From contig NW_027266343.1 in NCBI RefSeq assembly GCF_022045235.1, positions 51,488,134-51,552,133 on the forward strand: a stretch of DNA of 64,000 nucleotides. The letters run 5' to 3'. The stretch is from Haliotis cracherodii. Its lineage: Eukaryota. Below are positions 60,900 through 64,000 of this stretch, in pieces. Below the pieces are notes generated by a model that was not told the DNA's origin, ran no database searches, and saw nothing but the letters and a program-made list of their open reading frames with translations. A program made the translations under genes and the position numbers. How positions within the stretch are numbered: position 1 is the first letter of the stretch; every line of letters starts with the position of its first letter.

Positions 60900-61400
60900 C
60901 CAGAATCAATGTCACAAAATACGCTTCGAATGGAGACACTGATGGCACCATCGGAGCATCGAACGTAAGTCTAGATATCTGTCTAGATAGTTTAAACTGA
61001 CTTCATTTCACCACGCTTAAGTTTTCGCGAAAGTAGTCGGGTGCGTCACGCTCATTGGGACCCTCGTTCGGTAGACATTGCATATGGATATGCATGGCTC
61101 GATTATATAATGTCTGCAGTAGCTCTATGTATAACTAAATTAATGCATTGCGAATTTAATGCTTGTGACGATCTTGTTTGGTTTAATAAAGTGTGTGTAA
61201 ATGTATGTAGCTTTCGTGAGAATCCTTTAGTTCTGCTTTGTAGTTGAGAAAGCGAATAACGTCTCGCGTCCTTTTTAAGTATGAAAAAAAGAAGTTCTGG
61301 TGTGACTGAGGTCACGATTATCCAATCAATACGAATAAAACGAGGTCAACCTTGTACGACACACGTGTGACGTACGAATTTAGTATCTAACCTACTGTAT
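60900..61400 (+). repeat. Solo copy of the YR-element ~0.5 kb direct repeat
   Basis: gtcacaaaatacgcttcgaatggagacactgatgg...gtcgggtgcgtcacgctcattgggaccctcg...ggtcaaccttgtacgacacacgtgtgacgtacgaatttagtatct is collinear with 46780-47300. Confidence 0.6.
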
Positions 61401-61689
61401 CGGTCTCCTCCCATTAGTAAGACAGCCCAGCTGTGAGACACCTTAAAACAACAATGTCATACCTGGTTGCACAAGTTAATCAGGTAATTAACCCCTATCA
61501 TGAAAATGGACTTGTCTCATTATAGACAAAAGAAATGACTCAAGATGCTTGATACCCTCTTTTACTTTATTTCATTCAATATTTTAATTCATCCATCCCT
61601 TAAATACATTGTTTTAACATATTCTCCACTTAGAGTTCAGTTAAAGTTAATATCACAGTTCACATCACAGTTCACATCGAGGGTGTCAC

Positions 61690-62800
61690 ACTGACACAAC
61701 CTTAATCCATCTTCCGAAGTTTGCCAACAGCATCCACGAACTGGGGTAGTGTCTTGACACCCTGGGATAGCTGATCCTTCAGTCTGGAAAGTCGACTGTC
61801 AATCTCCTTGTACACACGCTTTCTTGCTGGTGGGGGGCGGTCAGGTAGCCTTGTGGTTAAAGCGTTCGCTCGTCACGCTGAAGACCCGACATGGGTACTA
61901 TGTGTGAAGCCCATTTCTGGTGTCCCCCCGCCGTGATATTGCTGGAATATTGCTAAAAACGGCGTAAAACCAAACTCACTCACTCACTCACTCACTCATT
62001 CTTGCTGGTGGAGCTGCACCTAGGTCTAACTGAGATAGCTTGGTCTTCTCAGATTTCTCAATCTTCTTGATGATCTCGATGACCCTGAAGAGATTAGGAT
62101 GACGATGATTCAGTGATGCATTGGGGCGACTGTGGAAACCTTCCAGGTTGTTGTTGGTCCTTGGGCCGAATGTCTGGTGATGGTTCCAAAGCGAAAGAGG
62201 GAATCTGGCTCCATAATCCACCAAGTTTGTGACTATGTAGTCGTTGGATTCGTCAGCATTCGGTACATCGGGAGACTGGTTCATGGAGTCAATCCATGCA
62301 TCCTGAACCTGTTGAAGAGGCAGCAGAGGCAAGGCAGCAGCTCGTCGGATCCACTGTTCCTCAAGGGGGTTATTTCTGTATCCAACAGCAAGACCTTAAC
62401 CGTCGGAAAAAAGCAGGAACCGCTCACCATCATGGGTCTCTCTCCAGGGTGCTGCAATGTCGACTTCAGCTCTGGTTTTCGGGAGTTTCGGGATCGTCTG
62501 ACTGCGGTATTTGTACATGGCGCTGCCGACCTAGCTGAAGGAGGGAAATATAGCTGCAGCCTCCGGATCATGTCTCAAGACCTCGTTGTTGTAGAGGGCT
62601 GGAATAGGAGTGGTTGGTTCTTCTCTTGCTCTCTTCCTTAAGCTGCCAAGGAACTGGATTCTGCTGGTGTCTTCTGGTGGGTGGTTGTGTACAGTGAAAC
62701 TTTTTGAGTCAGCTCCTACTAGCTCCTAACTCATTTATTTCCTGAGAATTTTCAAACAGAATTACTGGCCTACTCTTATTAATTAATCCGCTAATCATGG
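61690..62800 (-). pseudogene. DDE transposase remnant (MULE/IS256-like C-terminal catalytic region) split by a SINE-B
   Basis: Minus-strand ORF 61988-62332 contains ...TNNNLEGFHSRPNASLNHRHPNLFRVIEIIKK, which resembles the TTNxxES catalytic Glu signature. The frame resumes after the SINE at 61690-61830 (...YKEIDSRLSRLKDQLSQGVKTLPQFVDAVGKL). The upstream part is frameshifted. Confidence 0.4.
61834..61998 (+). mobile_element. SINE family B interrupting a transposase-like ORF
   Basis: Perfect 13-bp TSD ttcttgctggtgg at 61821-61833 and 61999-62011. Confidence 0.85.
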
Positions 62801-62839
62801 GCTGTGACCATTGTTAAGTGGGTAGACTGGCTGTGTTTG

Positions 62840-64000
62840 TTTAATTTGTATCTTCACCACGTGGGTAATAATTCGCTTTATTACCCACGTGGTTAAGATA
62901 CAGGTGACGCATCCGACCACTTTCGCAATTTTCAATTTGATTTAACGTAAATGGATAAGCGTTGTGAAATGAAGTCCCCATCGACGCGTATTTTGTGGCA
63001 CTGTTTCGGGAGTTGTTGTTTGTTCACGAGTGCACGACCAAATCACTCAAAGTGAACATTTCCGATACAAATCATTCGAAAACGCAGTAGAAGTGTGCCT
63101 GACTTCTGAGTATGTGGCCCAAAATAGCCCAAATGTGAACAATAACATTCCTTATCTTTAGCGTAAAACGCTGTGAGAAGATCACGGTTGTCTTTTCTCA
63201 TTCCGATGGTGACCTTGCCCTTCGTTCGAAGCTGTCACTGACATGCAAGCAGACTTTAGTTTGTTGATTTTCACGTCTTCAGCACAGATTGGTACAGTTA
63301 ACACGAATGTCTTTGTCGAACACTCTGATTCCCTCTTCCAAAATGGCACGGACATGATATAAATTCAGCTGATAGATCAAGGACACCGAACCATTTTGAT
63401 TGCACAGCCGGGACACCGGCAGTGCGAGTGACCGACTGTTGGTACGATATTCAAAGCGCGGCGTTAATGTGACTTTTTAAATTTTCTTATAGGTGTCCTG
63501 TGTACAAACAACATGGCGCTTGAATTACCATAAGCTCAGGAAATTCTTCCAAAAGGATCTTGAGCGTCGGTGCTGTAATGTTTGCAAACACAACTGCAGG
63601 CGCATGTTGTTAATGTGTATGCATAGAAATGTCAACAATGCCTATATTTAGGCATGTATCAATATTCATGCGCAACCAGATTTTGCAACCAGTTTCAGTT
63701 TGGTCTGTCAACGAGCGAAAGTTGTCATGTATTTACACTTGAATATATATTTAACGTGGGCAATAAATAAAATACCACACTCATTCTCGTTAGATACCAT
63801 TTAGAAACAAGTGGTCTTTCTATGGTATCTGATCCAGCGAAAGCGAGGTCAGATATCATAGAAAGTCCACTCGTTTCGTAAAAATCGTATCCAACGAGAA
63901 TGAGTGTGGTATTCTCTATTTATTACCCACGTGGTGAAGACACAGGTGGTAAGATACTAAATCCGTACGTCACACGTGTGTCGTACAAGGTTGACCTCGT
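62840..64000 (-). mobile_element. Inverted, internally deleted copy of the YR-element (direct repeat with ~330 bp deletion + body + hairpin + direct-repeat end), running off the window
   Basis: 63080-63830 is the reverse complement of 44290-45064 and continues into 46682-46760 without the LINE. The hairpin is at 63780-63900. 63900-64000 is the reverse complement of the direct-repeat 3' end. A palindromic junction tatcttcaccacgtgggtaata/tattacccacgtggttaagataca lies at 62845-62900. Confidence 0.55.

Noticed and set aside
1-64000. Prokaryotic operon or defence-system interpretation
   Set aside because: No long uninterrupted ORF clusters are present. Genes are split by GT-AG introns, and the sequence is dominated by SINE/LINE/Tc1-mariner elements and satellites, all hallmarks of an animal nuclear genome.

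Overview
This window is eukaryotic (metazoan) nuclear DNA, not prokaryotic. It has spliced exons with GT-AG introns, dense tRNA-derived SINEs with (CACT)n tails, LINE RT fragments, Tc1/mariner remnants and kilobase-scale satellite arrays. No operons, rRNA genes or CRISPR arrays are present. A lophotrochozoan/mollusc-like genome is my guess, held at low confidence. The one clear host gene is a complete 11-exon SLC23-family (nucleobase-ascorbate / SVCT-like) transporter on the minus strand, with its ATG at 37855 and stop at 23106. All splice junctions were read directly from the sequence, the reading frame is continuous across exons, and the translation aligns along its length to vertebrate SVCT2, recalled from memory. 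Its introns hold at least 15 SINE copies from four families, here called A to D. One SINE-A inserted exactly at the exon-7 splice donor and duplicated the exon/intron junction as its TSD. A diverged copy of exon 3 plus its (GTGA)n donor lies about 28 kb away at 7037-7150. Directly upstream of the promoter is a 3 kb 29/30-bp satellite with a 1190-bp higher-order repeat, pierced by a SINE-A. Next to it is a 175-bp two-subfamily satellite. Other arrays are a 22-bp array (12.5-13.7 kb), a 42-bp array (18.5-19.1 kb), a 33-bp array inside a long-TIR element (53.5-57.1 kb), and 26- and 29-bp mini-arrays. Transposons include a mariner-like element carrying two nested SINE-Bs (5.3-6.8 kb), two Tc1-like pseudo-elements (7.45-8.3 kb, and 50.38-51.89 kb with clear 26-bp TIRs), two 5'-truncated LINE RT fragments, and a MULE/IS256-like transposase remnant split by a SINE-B. 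The most novel-looking item is a tyrosine-recombinase (Crypton/DUF3504-like) element family built from about 0.5 kb direct repeats, a conserved hairpin (26-bp stem) and an opposite-strand YR ORF. It is seen as a composite at 44.3-48.9 kb with a nested LINE, a solo repeat at 60.9-61.4 kb, an inverted internally deleted copy at 62.8-64.0 kb, and a hairpin fragment at 54.65 kb. The many long ORFs in the six-frame track that fall inside tandem repeats are translation artefacts.
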